DNA of 50,324 nucleotides from an uncultured virus (IMG/VR IMGVR_UViG_2839031043_000001) (IMGVR_UViG_2839031043_000001), one strand, 5' to 3'. Positions 41,696-50,324 are shown, numbered from the stretch's first letter. Made by a program: numbers and translations. Notes: generated by a model not told the origin, from the sequence alone.

Positions 41696-42826
41696 TTGAA
41701 AAACACTTATCGAATTATAGGGGACACTGTTGAGATTCTTTTAAGATCAAAAAAATATGGTAATTTTCTTACCAACATCTCATTAGGGGACTTAGAGAAA
41801 GTTAATCAATTCAAGGGTAGTTGGTATTTGTGGCATAGAGAAGGGGATGGCTACTACGTCAAAGGTAATATAAATGTAAATAATAAAAAAACAACTATTT
41901 TCTTGCATCGCTACATATTCGATTTACCTTCAGTAGAGATACATATAGATCATATTGATCATAATGGATTAAATAACACCAGAGGAAATTTGCGAGAAGT
42001 TAATCACTTTGAAAATAGCCAAAATCGTACAGGGGCATATTCGACTAGTAAGAGTGGACAGCGAGGTGTTGCTTATTCAAAACTGCATGATAAATACGAG
42101 TCATACATCAATATTAACTACATAAAGTACAGTTTAGGATTATTCAAAACTGTTGAGGAAGCAAGTGAAATGGCTTCAATTGCTCGTGCAGTGTTTATGA
42201 CTCATGCTACTGATGACCAAAATATATGCATTTATTACAAGGAAGATAAAGGATCTAAACTCATCTTTAGGCACGGAGTAATGGGAAGTGGAAAGACTGA
42301 CAACTTGCTAAAGCTATCGCACATCTATAAAAGGCTTAAGAAGAATATATGCCTATTAACACCCCACATTGATAATAGGTTCGGAGATGGGTTAATAAAA
42401 TCAAGAAGTGGGTGGGAAAGCAAGGCGGAAATCATTTATCCTGACACTGATGTTTCATCAATTATCACTAAATCTGGTAGTGAAGTCATATTTATTGATG
42501 AAGTCAATTTCCTAACTATGAATCAAATTAAGCAAATTTCATATCTACTTGAATTTAAGAAATTAAAAATATACTGTTATGGATTACTAAAGGATTTTAA
42601 AAATGATTTCTTTGCCTCAAGTTTAGAATTGCTAAGATGTGCGGATCAGATACAAGAGATAAAAAGCAATTGTTCCTATTGCGAAAATGTAGCATCAAGA
42701 ATTTTAAAAATCAAAAATGGAACTCCAGTATATAAAGGAGACCAAGTGGAAATTGGTGCTGAAGATCTCTATAGGTCAGTTTGTATTTCTCATTATCATA
42801 ATCCTCCATCAAAGGATGTTGGATAA
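41696..42826 (+). CDS. tdk: HNH-AP2 endonuclease fused in frame to thymidine kinase
   Basis: N-part LHR..IDHIDHNGLNNTRGNLR + AP2; from 42251 GVMGSGKT, DNRFG, FIDEVNF, YGL..DF, CSYC..YRSVC..HY. Confidence 0.85.
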   Translation: MKNTYRIIGDTVEILLRSKKYGNFLTNISLGDLEKVNQFKGSWYLWHREGDGYYVKGNINVNNKKTTIFLHRYIFDLPSVEIHIDHIDHNGLNNTRGNLREVNHFENSQNRTGAYSTSKSGQRGVAYSKLHDKYESYININYIKYSLGLFKTVEEASEMASIARAVFMTHATDDQNICIYYKEDKGSKLIFRHGVMGSGKTDNLLKLSHIYKRLKKNICLLTPHIDNRFGDGLIKSRSGWESKAEIIYPDTDVSSIITKSGSEVIFIDEVNFLTMNQIKQISYLLEFKKLKIYCYGLLKDFKNDFFASSLELLRCADQIQEIKSNCSYCENVASRILKIKNGTPVYKGDQVEIGAEDLYRSVCISHYHNPPSKDVG

Positions 42827-43026
42827 TGGACAGGCACACATACTTTGAAGAAGAGCAGAAAAAAGTAGGTCAATGCATATGCGGTGATGATTTGTTTGAA
42901 GGAGATAGAGCACATCAACTTGATGAATATATAGTATGTGACAATAGTGATTGCTTCAAGAAGTTGTGTATTGAGAAGTTTGGAGCTATGTATGGAGTAT
43001 TGGACAAAGAAGGTAATGTAACATAA
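42826..43026 (+). CDS. Small Cys-rich protein (YqaI-like)
   Basis: CICGDDL..GD..CDNSDC. Confidence 0.5.
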   Translation: MDRHTYFEEEQKKVGQCICGDDLFEGDRAHQLDEYIVCDNSDCFKKLCIEKFGAMYGVLDKEGNVT

Positions 43027-43092
43027 TGCACAAGAAATGAATCTAAAATAATTGATTTGATTAATTAAACAGGAGGTTAGTTTAATAACTGA

Positions 43093-43383
43093 ATGACAGT
43101 ATTTGAGCAAACATTAAAAGGAGCTGATTATGACGTGTACATGAAAATTCCTACATTTATGATGGATGAATTGATTCTTGAAAACGGAGATTGGCTAAAA
43201 CTCAGAATTGGCACTGGTTATTTTGTTTTAGTAAAAACAAATGAGAAACGTAGTGGAGTACAAATTAAAAATAACAAAATTAGATTTCCTCAGCAATTTA
43301 GTCATACATATAGAGTTCGTTCAAATGATCGAGTGCAGATGCATGTTCGTGGTGAGAAACTGATATTTAGTAAAGTAAAATAG
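43093..43383 (+). CDS. Tandem AbrB/MraZ-like swapped-hairpin protein
   Basis: Two repeats: KIP....ELILENGDWL and RFP....YRVRSNDRV. Confidence 0.5.
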   Translation: MTVFEQTLKGADYDVYMKIPTFMMDELILENGDWLKLRIGTGYFVLVKTNEKRSGVQIKNNKIRFPQQFSHTYRVRSNDRVQMHVRGEKLIFSKVK

Positions 43384-43399
43384 TAAAGTGAAATGATTT

Positions 43400-44169
43400 A
43401 TGATTGAAGAGGTGAAGCAAATGAACTGGATTAAGTTTGATAGATACAATATTCCAGAACGGAGTAAGCCTTATCTAATCACAGATGGTGATAAGATTGA
43501 CATTTCGTATTATCCTGATTTTGAATGGGGATTATTTGATCAGTACGGAATCAGGAAGGTGTCAGATGTTACTCATTTTATTCCCATAGAATTATCCAAT
43601 TTAGATGGAGTTGATTACATTATGAACTCAAACGGTGGCATGACTCCCCAAGAAAAAGAAATAGCTGATCATATTGTTGCAGCTTGGAATGGCTTCGTAA
43701 CACTAAAGCCAACCCATCCAGATGATATCAATGAGTTTGGTGATGCAATTCATAGGGTTCAACACTTGTTAGGAATGAGAGTGTTGAGACGAGATTATCC
43801 AGATTATTGGATCACTAAATCCAAATAAATGCTGACTTTATCGAGAGGGGGAGAAGTTGCATGGAGATTTTAGGAAGACCTTATGTTTTTGGAGACCCTG
43901 AGCAAAGTGAGTGGATCAGAAAAGAATATTGGAAAGAAGACTTGCGAAATCAAATAGTAAATGGACTACAGCAAGCTTTTGATGGAATTGATGAATATGC
44001 GTATGCATTTACTTCTGACGATGAGTTACAAGCAACCATAAAACATGCTGTAGAGAAGCTTAAGTACATTGGCGGAATTACACATCATGAAAAACTGGAA
44101 GCAGAGAAGAACTCTGATGAGGGTATGTTTATCAAATGGGAGCAGGGCAAAAAGAAGAGTAAAAAATGA
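43400..44169 (+). other. Two hypothetical ORFs (43421-43828, DUF551-like N-terminus; 43861-44169)
   Basis: NWIKF...PE...VTHFIP motif in the first; RBSs. Confidence 0.55.
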
Positions 44170-44183
44170 AATGGGGGAGTAGG

Positions 44184-44525
44184 ATGCTCCGAGCATATCT
44201 CGATGGCTTATCACAGTCAATCAACAACAAGTCAACGTTATCAATTACAATCACCGACTTAAAAGGTAATCTTGAATATCAAAATTATGAACTCCTAGAC
44301 AGCAAAAGGAGTAGTACTGAAATAGAAATGATGGCATTTAATAAGATGATGGATTGGCTATTAGAACATAAAATTAATGAAGTTGTTGTATACACAGAAT
44401 CAAGGTATGTATACACGAACTGGCGCAAGAACAAAGCTTATTCATTAAACAAGTCAAAATTTGATTGTTTCGTGGTTAGACTTATTGGAAATTCGAACAA
44501 TGTTGTAAATTTGGCTTTTGCATAA
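44184..44525 (+). CDS. RNase H-like fold protein (divergent)
   Basis: AYLDG, STEIEMMA, VYTES (third Asp replaced by Glu). Confidence 0.55.
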   Translation: MLRAYLDGLSQSINNKSTLSITITDLKGNLEYQNYELLDSKRSSTEIEMMAFNKMMDWLLEHKINEVVVYTESRYVYTNWRKNKAYSLNKSKFDCFVVRLIGNSNNVVNLAFA

Positions 44526-44563
44526 ATCTAAATAAAACCTTAGTTTAATTAGGAGATGACAAC

Positions 44564-45025
44564 ATGCAAAAAGTATTAACAGAAAAGAGAATCGTTACTG
44601 AAGAAAAAGAGATTGTTATCAGTGAATCTCTGATTTGTAATAAGTGCGGAAAAGAATCAACTAAAACAGAGGGGAATTATTGCTTTGGACAAGATTATCA
44701 AAGTATAAATCTTAGCTTTGGCTATGGGAGCGCATTTGACATGGAACGATGGAGATTTGATTTGTGCGATGCATGCTTACTTGAGATTGTAAAGACATTC
44801 AAATTCGTACCAGAAGGATTTATGCAAGACTATACAGAAACGTGTTTCACTAAAGATACACAAAAAGCTTTTGAAAAATGGAAAGAAACAGGCGAATGGG
44901 ATGAGTTTGCAGACTACACATATGAAGAGTTAGAGGAATTAAGGGGCTACTTAGGAGATCAATACATAGATGGCTTATTTAAAAGATACAGTCTGGCTCC
45001 AGCAGCAAATGGAGAGACAAGTTAA
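44564..45025 (+). CDS. Zn-binding phage hypothetical protein
   Basis: CNKCG..FGYGS..FDLCDAC. Confidence 0.6.
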   Translation: MQKVLTEKRIVTEEKEIVISESLICNKCGKESTKTEGNYCFGQDYQSINLSFGYGSAFDMERWRFDLCDACLLEIVKTFKFVPEGFMQDYTETCFTKDTQKAFEKWKETGEWDEFADYTYEELEELRGYLGDQYIDGLFKRYSLAPAANGETS

Positions 45026-45049
45026 TTGCAGTTCATAATTGATTTGAAG

Positions 45050-45290
45050 TGATACAGATCAAATCTTGATAAAATGATCTGTATCATTAGTTCCTTCATA
45101 ATAAAAGAACTGATCTTATCATGCTTAACAGAGAACCATGTTTGTCAGATGGTAAAGCGGCTAAGAAATAGCTATTTGTTAAGTTGATAAGAAGTAAGAG
45201 TATATATGGAAACTGCTTGATAGTCAATGCAATTACCTACCAATATTGGGTGAGTTTATGGGCAGTGATATCCATATCGAGCGAGAGATG
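45050..45290 (+). ncRNA. Candidate structured non-coding RNA
   Basis: 12-bp inverted repeat, a hairpin, a three-way junction (45114-45192) and a further stem (45204-45277) with G-U pairs; no credible ORF. Confidence 0.45.
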
Positions 45291-45371
45291 TATGAAATCA
45301 AAATCAATAGTGGGACACAGCAAACACAATAAAATGTATGTTTTATGGGACACATGGGATAAGGAGAGTAA

Positions 45372-46004
45372 ATGGCGAAAAGATGTACAGTTTGTGATTC
45401 AGAGTTTAAAGTATACAATGTTGATGGTTTATATTATTGCAATAAACATTACTTACAAATAAGAAGAAGTGGGAAAGTTCATAGAACAAAATATGATCCT
45501 AACGAAATTAGAGTTTTGGATACGCATGCAGAAGTTAGCTTATATGATAGATTTGGCATTGAAAAATGTCGTGCATTAGTATCTTTGGATAAAGTTGAAT
45601 TGATAAAAAATATAAAGTGGTATCTAAATCATTATGGATATGTAATCAGTAAAAATAAAGAAGGTTCAGTAGTCTGGATGCATCGATTGATAACTAGCGC
45701 ATCTGATGACTTCGAAGTTGACCATATAAATTGGATAAGACACGATAACAGGAATGAAAATCTACGAATCGCGTCTCGTAGCAACAATGGCATGAATAAG
45801 TTAGAACCTAAAAATAACACTTCTGGTCATAGGGGAGTAGTGTGGCATAAAGCTTCTGGTAAATGGATTTCTCGTATCAAAGTAAGGGGTAAAGAAATAC
45901 ATCTTGGGTTATTTTCGGATTTTAAAGAGGCTGTCAACTCAAGAACTGAAGCTGAAAAAGAACTATTTGGGGAGTTTGCACCAAGAGAGGATGATATTGA
46001 TTAA
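45372..46004 (+). CDS. HNH-AP2 homing endonuclease
   Basis: CTVC..CNKH, MHR..VDHIN..DNRNENLR, NTSGHRGV..W...I..LG.F. Confidence 0.9.
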   Translation: MAKRCTVCDSEFKVYNVDGLYYCNKHYLQIRRSGKVHRTKYDPNEIRVLDTHAEVSLYDRFGIEKCRALVSLDKVELIKNIKWYLNHYGYVISKNKEGSVVWMHRLITSASDDFEVDHINWIRHDNRNENLRIASRSNNGMNKLEPKNNTSGHRGVVWHKASGKWISRIKVRGKEIHLGLFSDFKEAVNSRTEAEKELFGEFAPREDDID

Positions 46005-46635
46005 CGAAGGTAAAAAATTTGAAGAAGACTGGAAAAATAGCTATAAAACATCGTCTCATTATTATATGCGTTTAAGAGATACAGCTAAATGGTTGCAGGG
46101 AAATAGTTCGAAATATACCCCCAGCAACCCCTGCGATTCGATCCAACATACAATGCCATTTCTTTGGCTACTCGAATTGAAAAGCACGAAAGCAGCTTCA
46201 ATTAGTTTCAATCCATACATAGAAGGTGTAAGTTCACCAGAACAAAAGCCTAAGAATAAAACGACAAACGTCATGATTAAGGCTAATCAGGTAAAAGAAT
46301 TGAGTCAGGCGGTTAAGTATCAAGGTGTAATTGCTGGATTTGTTGTCAACTATCGAGAACATAAGCTGAAGACAAAAGTATATATAAATGAGACTTACTT
46401 CATACATATTAATGATTTCTGGGATTTTGCTGTACGCACTGGCAAGTCAAGTATTGGTCGTAAGGACTGTAGAGAAATTGGAGTAAAGATTGATCATGTG
46501 AAATTAAAGACTAATTATAGATATAAAATTAATGATTTTGTTATAAAAGCAACTAAGTACTTTGTTGATAAGTCATACCTTAACAAGCAAGAACTTAAAA
46601 ATACAATCAATTGGCTGAACGAGTTGATTAGTTAA
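45997..46635 (+). CDS. RecU-like Holliday junction resolvase
   Basis: GKKFE, NPCD, ELKST, NQVKEL PD-(D/E)xK pattern; GAGG RBS before TTG 45997. Confidence 0.7.
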   Translation: MINEGKKFEEDWKNSYKTSSHYYMRLRDTAKWLQGNSSKYTPSNPCDSIQHTMPFLWLLELKSTKAASISFNPYIEGVSSPEQKPKNKTTNVMIKANQVKELSQAVKYQGVIAGFVVNYREHKLKTKVYINETYFIHINDFWDFAVRTGKSSIGRKDCREIGVKIDHVKLKTNYRYKINDFVIKATKYFVDKSYLNKQELKNTINWLNELIS

Positions 46636-46659
46636 GTAGCTAGAAGTGGAGGAGATCCA

Positions 46660-46842
46660 TTGAATTCTATTTTAATTGGAGAAGACAATTTCAATATATA
46701 CGTAAATGATTCAGGCAGAGTGGTGGCAGAATGTCCAGTTAGCAAGAATGGATTTCGTGTTGTCATAAAATTTACGGAATGTAAGCAAAAGCATCAAAAA
46801 ACAATTGATGCGATGGCAAGATTATATGCAAGCACATATTGA
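46660..46842 (+). CDS. 60-aa protein, candidate recombination directionality factor
   Basis: GGAGGAG RBS; last small gene before the integrase; function inferred from position and size only. Confidence 0.4.
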   Translation: MNSILIGEDNFNIYVNDSGRVVAECPVSKNGFRVVIKFTECKQKHQKTIDAMARLYASTY

Positions 46843-46852
46843 GTATAAAAAT

Positions 46853-46902
46853 AAATGACACATTAAACTATGTGTCATTTTTGTTTGGGTCTATGTTATA
46901 AT
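46853..46902 (+). promoter_or_regulatory. Palindrome/terminator overlapping the integrase promoter
   Basis: AAATGACACAT-TAAACT-ATGTGTCATTT then extended -10 TGTTATAAT (46894-46902). Confidence 0.6.
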
Positions 46903-46935
46903 TCTTTTAAGTAAACTGAAGGGAGAATAATTAAA

Positions 46936-48564
46936 TTGAAGAAGAGAGTTTGGGCATTGTATAGGGTTTCAACTGACAAACAAGTAACTGATGAAGATAT
47001 ACCAATGCAAAAAAATGCTGTTTATAGATTTATTGAGAAAAGGAAAGATTGGGAACTGAGTAATGAACTCAGTGAACTGGGAGTTTCCGGCTTTAAGAAA
47101 AGTGTTCAACAAAGAGATAAGCTGCAACTTATAAAAAAAGGTGCACAGGAAGGTAAATTTGATGTTCTAGTTGTGTGGAAAGATGATCGATTGGGTCGTA
47201 ACAAATTTGAAATTCCTTTCATGTTAGAGTTCTTAGGTAAACATGGAATAGAAGTGTGGTCTGTAGAGGATGGAATATTAAATAAAGACGAAAAACACGA
47301 AGACAGCTTATTGTCATTCTTGAGGTTTTGGGTTGCAGAAGGTGAGAGCAAAAAAACATCTGTACGTGTAACAGAGGCAATCAAACAAATGAATGAATTA
47401 GGTAAATGGACAGGTAACAAGATACCATTTGGTTATGAAATGTATGATACAGGTATTGTGCATCCAAAATCTGATAAAACAATTAAAGAAATAAAAATAA
47501 AAGAAATGGATTCTATTATAGTTAAGCTTATTTTCTATTTAGTACTAGAAAAGGGATATGGTGCTGACAGAATAGCCAATTTTTTAAATGAAAATGGTTA
47601 CTCGCCAAGAGAAGGAGGAAAATGGAGAAATAACGTTGTAAGGCGCATTCTTCGAAATCCTATTTACATAGGGAGACAACGTTACAATATAAATGATAAA
47701 GATGGAATAAAATTAAAGCCAAAAAGGGAAGACTTAGTAATCTTGCCTGATGAAATTTTCTATAATGTTCAGGATGTTCTCAATAAAAGAAATGCAAAGC
47801 AGAAGGGGGATTCGGATTCAGAGCTGAATTTGCCCACAAAAAGTAAGAATCTGCTACTTTCAGGTATTGCTCGATGTGGATACTGTAGGGCAAAATTATA
47901 CGCAGATTCAAGCACAAAAACTAAGTTAAAGAGTGATGGAACAAAGAGTAGTTACACATACTGGCGTTATGTATGTCGTGAATCACTTAATCATAGAGAG
48001 ACCCACCCAAAAAGCTATTTTGGTGCAAAGCGCTATGAGCCAGAAATAGAAAAACATGTAATTAACATGTTAAATTCTTTTGTGAATGCAGAAGAGTTTG
48101 ATGAAACGGCGCTAGATACATTGGACAGTCAGTACGAACAGAAATGTGTTCAGATCCAAGCAATAAAAAAAGAGATACAGAATCTAAATACGCAGTTAGA
48201 AGCTGTTAAGGGATTGATTATTAAGATAGCTATGGGTGAAAGCAAATTAACAGAAAACTATGTTGTTGAGCAAATAGGATTAAAAGAAGCGGAAATAAAA
48301 AAACAGCAAAATTTGATAGAAGTCTGTGAAAAAGAGAAGAATGAGTTGGAGGATAGAAATAAAAAATTCAGAAGTACTAAACAGGAGTTAGAGACTTGGG
48401 AGTATAGATATAGAAAAGGGGATCATGACACGAAGAAGACAATGTTGGCAAATGCTTTAGATGTAGTGTACTTTTTTGATAAAGAGTTTGAGATTGAGCT
48501 AAATTATTACTATGAAGAAATTTTGAAACGGTTCAAAATGATTGGAAAAGCTGAAACTTATTAA
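46936..48564 (+). CDS. Large serine recombinase (phage integrase, SprA-like)
   Basis: YRVST catalytic Ser, DRLGR, PFGY, NPIYIG, LLSG..RCGYC Zn ribbon, coiled coil. Confidence 0.95.
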   Translation: MKKRVWALYRVSTDKQVTDEDIPMQKNAVYRFIEKRKDWELSNELSELGVSGFKKSVQQRDKLQLIKKGAQEGKFDVLVVWKDDRLGRNKFEIPFMLEFLGKHGIEVWSVEDGILNKDEKHEDSLLSFLRFWVAEGESKKTSVRVTEAIKQMNELGKWTGNKIPFGYEMYDTGIVHPKSDKTIKEIKIKEMDSIIVKLIFYLVLEKGYGADRIANFLNENGYSPREGGKWRNNVVRRILRNPIYIGRQRYNINDKDGIKLKPKREDLVILPDEIFYNVQDVLNKRNAKQKGDSDSELNLPTKSKNLLLSGIARCGYCRAKLYADSSTKTKLKSDGTKSSYTYWRYVCRESLNHRETHPKSYFGAKRYEPEIEKHVINMLNSFVNAEEFDETALDTLDSQYEQKCVQIQAIKKEIQNLNTQLEAVKGLIIKIAMGESKLTENYVVEQIGLKEAEIKKQQNLIEVCEKEKNELEDRNKKFRSTKQELETWEYRYRKGDHDTKKTMLANALDVVYFFDKEFEIELNYYYEEILKRFKMIGKAETY

Positions 48565-48578
48565 TCGAGTTCGATGAT

Positions 48579-49040
48579 CTATAGTACCATACCATTACCC
48601 ATAGAATCAATTTCACCCGAATCACTTAGTAGGCTCTTTTCCGATACCATGCCAGATCCCAATGGATCGCCTGTTTGAATCATGAAGTCTTTGATGACGC
48701 GGTGGAACTTAATGCCGTCATAGAACTTGTCCTTTGCGAGGAAGACAAAGTTGTTGACAGCAATGGGGGCATCTTTTTCAAACAGATCGATCGTAATGTC
48801 TCCCATGGAAGTAGATATTTTTGCTTGATAATCTTTTGCTTTGTCAATCTGCATAGCCGGAGCCTTCTCGTATTTCTTCTCTCCGGTTGGACCCGGTGGG
48901 TTAGCTGGCTCTTTGGATGCTGGTTTCTCTGCTGGCGTAGTCGGTTGATTAGGAGCGGCTTGATTGCTTCCTGTAGAACAACCCGTAACCAAGGCGATTG
49001 CCGTCAGACATGTGAACAGAGTTGTCATCATTTTTCTCAT
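48579..49040 (-). pseudogene. ppiB: 5' half of a lipoprotein cyclophilin-type PPIase interrupted by the prophage
   Basis: Lipobox LVTGC; AP..VNNF..FY.G..FHRVIKDFMIQTGDP; expected GGPGY and C-half replaced by ~22 phage-derived residues. Confidence 0.88.
48630..48670. other. Prophage attachment junction
   Basis: Cyclophilin homology stops after GDPLGSG(M) at ~48647-48651; GC content changes here. Confidence 0.8.
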
Positions 49041-49175
49041 CTTATGCACCTTCCTTTGTATCATATCGTTGGGTGGTTCGGTTTCGAATTATAACACAAA
49101 TCGTCGAGCATTTGCCAATCCGCTAGTTTCCTTTCCAATCTCGCGTGGTATGATTGGGAGAAAAGGGTGATCAAT

Positions 49176-50324
49176 GTGGCAGAGCGATTTGAGACCAAAA
49201 CGGTACATATCGGACATGACCCTTTGCAGGGAGTAAAGAGCAAAACGACACCGATTTATCAAACCTCTGTTTTTGCCTTCGAAGGCTTGGAAGAAGTAGA
49301 ACAATACTACGTCGGCGAAGGTGAATACTTGTACACCCGAAATGGAAATCCCAACCAGGCTGAGCTAGCTCATGCAATCGCAGCTTTAGAAGGCGCCGAG
49401 GCAGGTGTCAGTGCTGCCTCCGGTATGGGAGCGATCATGGCGGGTTTACTTGCCGTTCTTTCCCCTGGCGATCACGTTCTGGCATCCCATGAAATTTATG
49501 GCGGTACCTATGCTCTACTGTATAAGGAGCTGTCGCGGTTTGGAATCGAGCTTGGATGCATCCAGCTTGGGCAAACGACAAAGCTTGCTGATCACGTTCG
49601 CCCGACGACGCGGCTGTTTTTCGTGGAGAGCATCACCAATCCGCTATTGACGGTTGTAGATTTGCCATACTGGATCAAGGAAGCAAAAAGACTTGGCTTA
49701 ACCGTCATGGTGGATAATACGTTTGCGACCCCGTATTTGGTACAACCCGTTTCATTCGGAGCAGATCTTGTCGTGCACAGTGGAACCAAATACATAGGTG
49801 GACATAGCGATGTGACGTCAGGTGTTTTGGTTGGATCACAGGCGATAATCAAGCGTGCTACCGAGATCGTAGTCAACTACGGTGCGTCCCTCAGTCCTTT
49901 TGAGGCTTGGTTGACATCGCGGGGTTTGAAAACACTGGCAGTGAGAATGGAGCGTCAATGCGATAATGCCAGTCAGATTGCTGCGTTTCTTCGTGATCAT
50001 CCTGCAGTTGCACGGGTGTATTACCCAAGTCCTACGGAGACCTTCTTTTTTTCAAGGCAAAAACAGGGGGCAATGATATCCTTTGCTCTGGCAGACGAAA
50101 CGAAGATTTACGATTTTTACCGGGCACTTGACTGGATCAAGCTGGCTCCGTCTCTGGCAGGTGTGGAGACGAGTGTATCTCATCCAGTTACGACGTCTCA
50201 CCGTGCTTTTTCTGAAGAGCAGCGCAAGGAAACGGGAATCACGATGGGACTGGTACGGTTATCGGTCGGAATCGAGGCTGTTCAAGACATTCAGATAGCA
50301 TTAGATGCCGCATTAGGGAAATAA
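49176..50324 (+). CDS. PLP-dependent trans-sulfuration enzyme (cystathionine gamma-synthase/methionine gamma-lyase family), host gene
   Basis: PIYQTS, YTRNGNP, SGMGAI, ESITNP, DNTFATP, HSGTKYIGGHSD, SLAGVE, RLSVGIE. Confidence 0.92.
   Translation: MAERFETKTVHIGHDPLQGVKSKTTPIYQTSVFAFEGLEEVEQYYVGEGEYLYTRNGNPNQAELAHAIAALEGAEAGVSAASGMGAIMAGLLAVLSPGDHVLASHEIYGGTYALLYKELSRFGIELGCIQLGQTTKLADHVRPTTRLFFVESITNPLLTVVDLPYWIKEAKRLGLTVMVDNTFATPYLVQPVSFGADLVVHSGTKYIGGHSDVTSGVLVGSQAIIKRATEIVVNYGASLSPFEAWLTSRGLKTLAVRMERQCDNASQIAAFLRDHPAVARVYYPSPTETFFFSRQKQGAMISFALADETKIYDFYRALDWIKLAPSLAGVETSVSHPVTTSHRAFSEEQRKETGITMGLVRLSVGIEAVQDIQIALDAALGK

Larger units (their letters stand above)
10498..44549. repeat. Dispersed 18-bp intergenic palindrome ATNAAA-N6-TTTNAT
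   Basis: Exact copies start at 10498, 12037, 12306, 13374, 17636, 18587, 25543, 25707, 26196, 28840, 29524, 29744, 33676, 34200, 35231, 36730, 36994, 40027, 40369, 44532; one-mismatch copies at 13627, 17223, 21556, 21862, 26579, 29261. Confidence 0.9.
1..48650 (+). mobile_element. SPbeta-like prophage, right arm (left part outside window)
   Basis: Gene order matches the SPbeta yor/yos/yot region (helicase-primase-RecJ-DnaE, kinase, methylase, RNR, dUTPase). Terminal serine integrase; abrupt shift to higher GC and host genes at ~48650. Confidence 0.93.

Noticed and set aside
43421..43828. Acb2/Tad1-like anti-defence domain in the C-terminal half
   Set aside because: Only a generic helical-hairpin resemblance; diagnostic residues not identifiable by eye
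10498..44549. Junction palindromes as a CRISPR array or intrinsic terminators
   Set aside because: Spacing is gene-sized and irregular and no cas genes are present; stems are 6-bp AT-only and lack GC-rich hairpins with T tails
45050..46004. Group I intron or IscB/HEARO (OMEGA) system
   Set aside because: No interrupted host gene or P7 core found; the protein is a 210-aa HNH-AP2 without PLMP or RuvC motifs
2318..50298. Many antisense or alternate-frame ORFs in the track (e.g. 4685-5011, 7620-8003, 15076-15522, 45184-45462, 48675-49094)
   Set aside because: They overlap well-supported genes or a structured region, lack RBSs and have no recognisable motifs

Overview
About 48.6 kb of this window (1..~48650) is the right arm of a large, AT-rich SPbeta-like temperate prophage. 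It is followed by ~1.7 kb of higher-GC host chromosome from a spore-forming Bacillota (Brevibacillus/Paenibacillaceae-like, by inference). The phage arm has the SPbeta yorG-yorL-type replication block (ATPase, loader, helicase, primase, RecJ, DnaE) and nucleotide-metabolism genes (class II RNR, dUTPase, ThyX, dNMP kinase, thymidine kinase). It also carries a DNA ligase, a C5 methyltransferase, several HNH endonucleases, a RecU-like resolvase, an OLD-family nuclease and dozens of small accessory ORFs. It ends with a large serine integrase at an att junction that interrupts a host lipoprotein cyclophilin gene. The strongest unexplained signal is an 18-bp palindrome, ATNAAA-N6-TTTNAT. I read 20 exact and several near copies, all at gene junctions of the accessory region, and a nested block uses a second, N8-spacer junction motif; together these suggest a gene-cassette array system. 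Other notable items are an unannotated MciZ-like peptide, a MazE-mimic (YosL-like) protein, an HNH-thymidine kinase fusion, two structured non-coding regions, several non-canonical start codons, and a degenerate duplicate of the att target. All calls are from manual reading; no searches were run.
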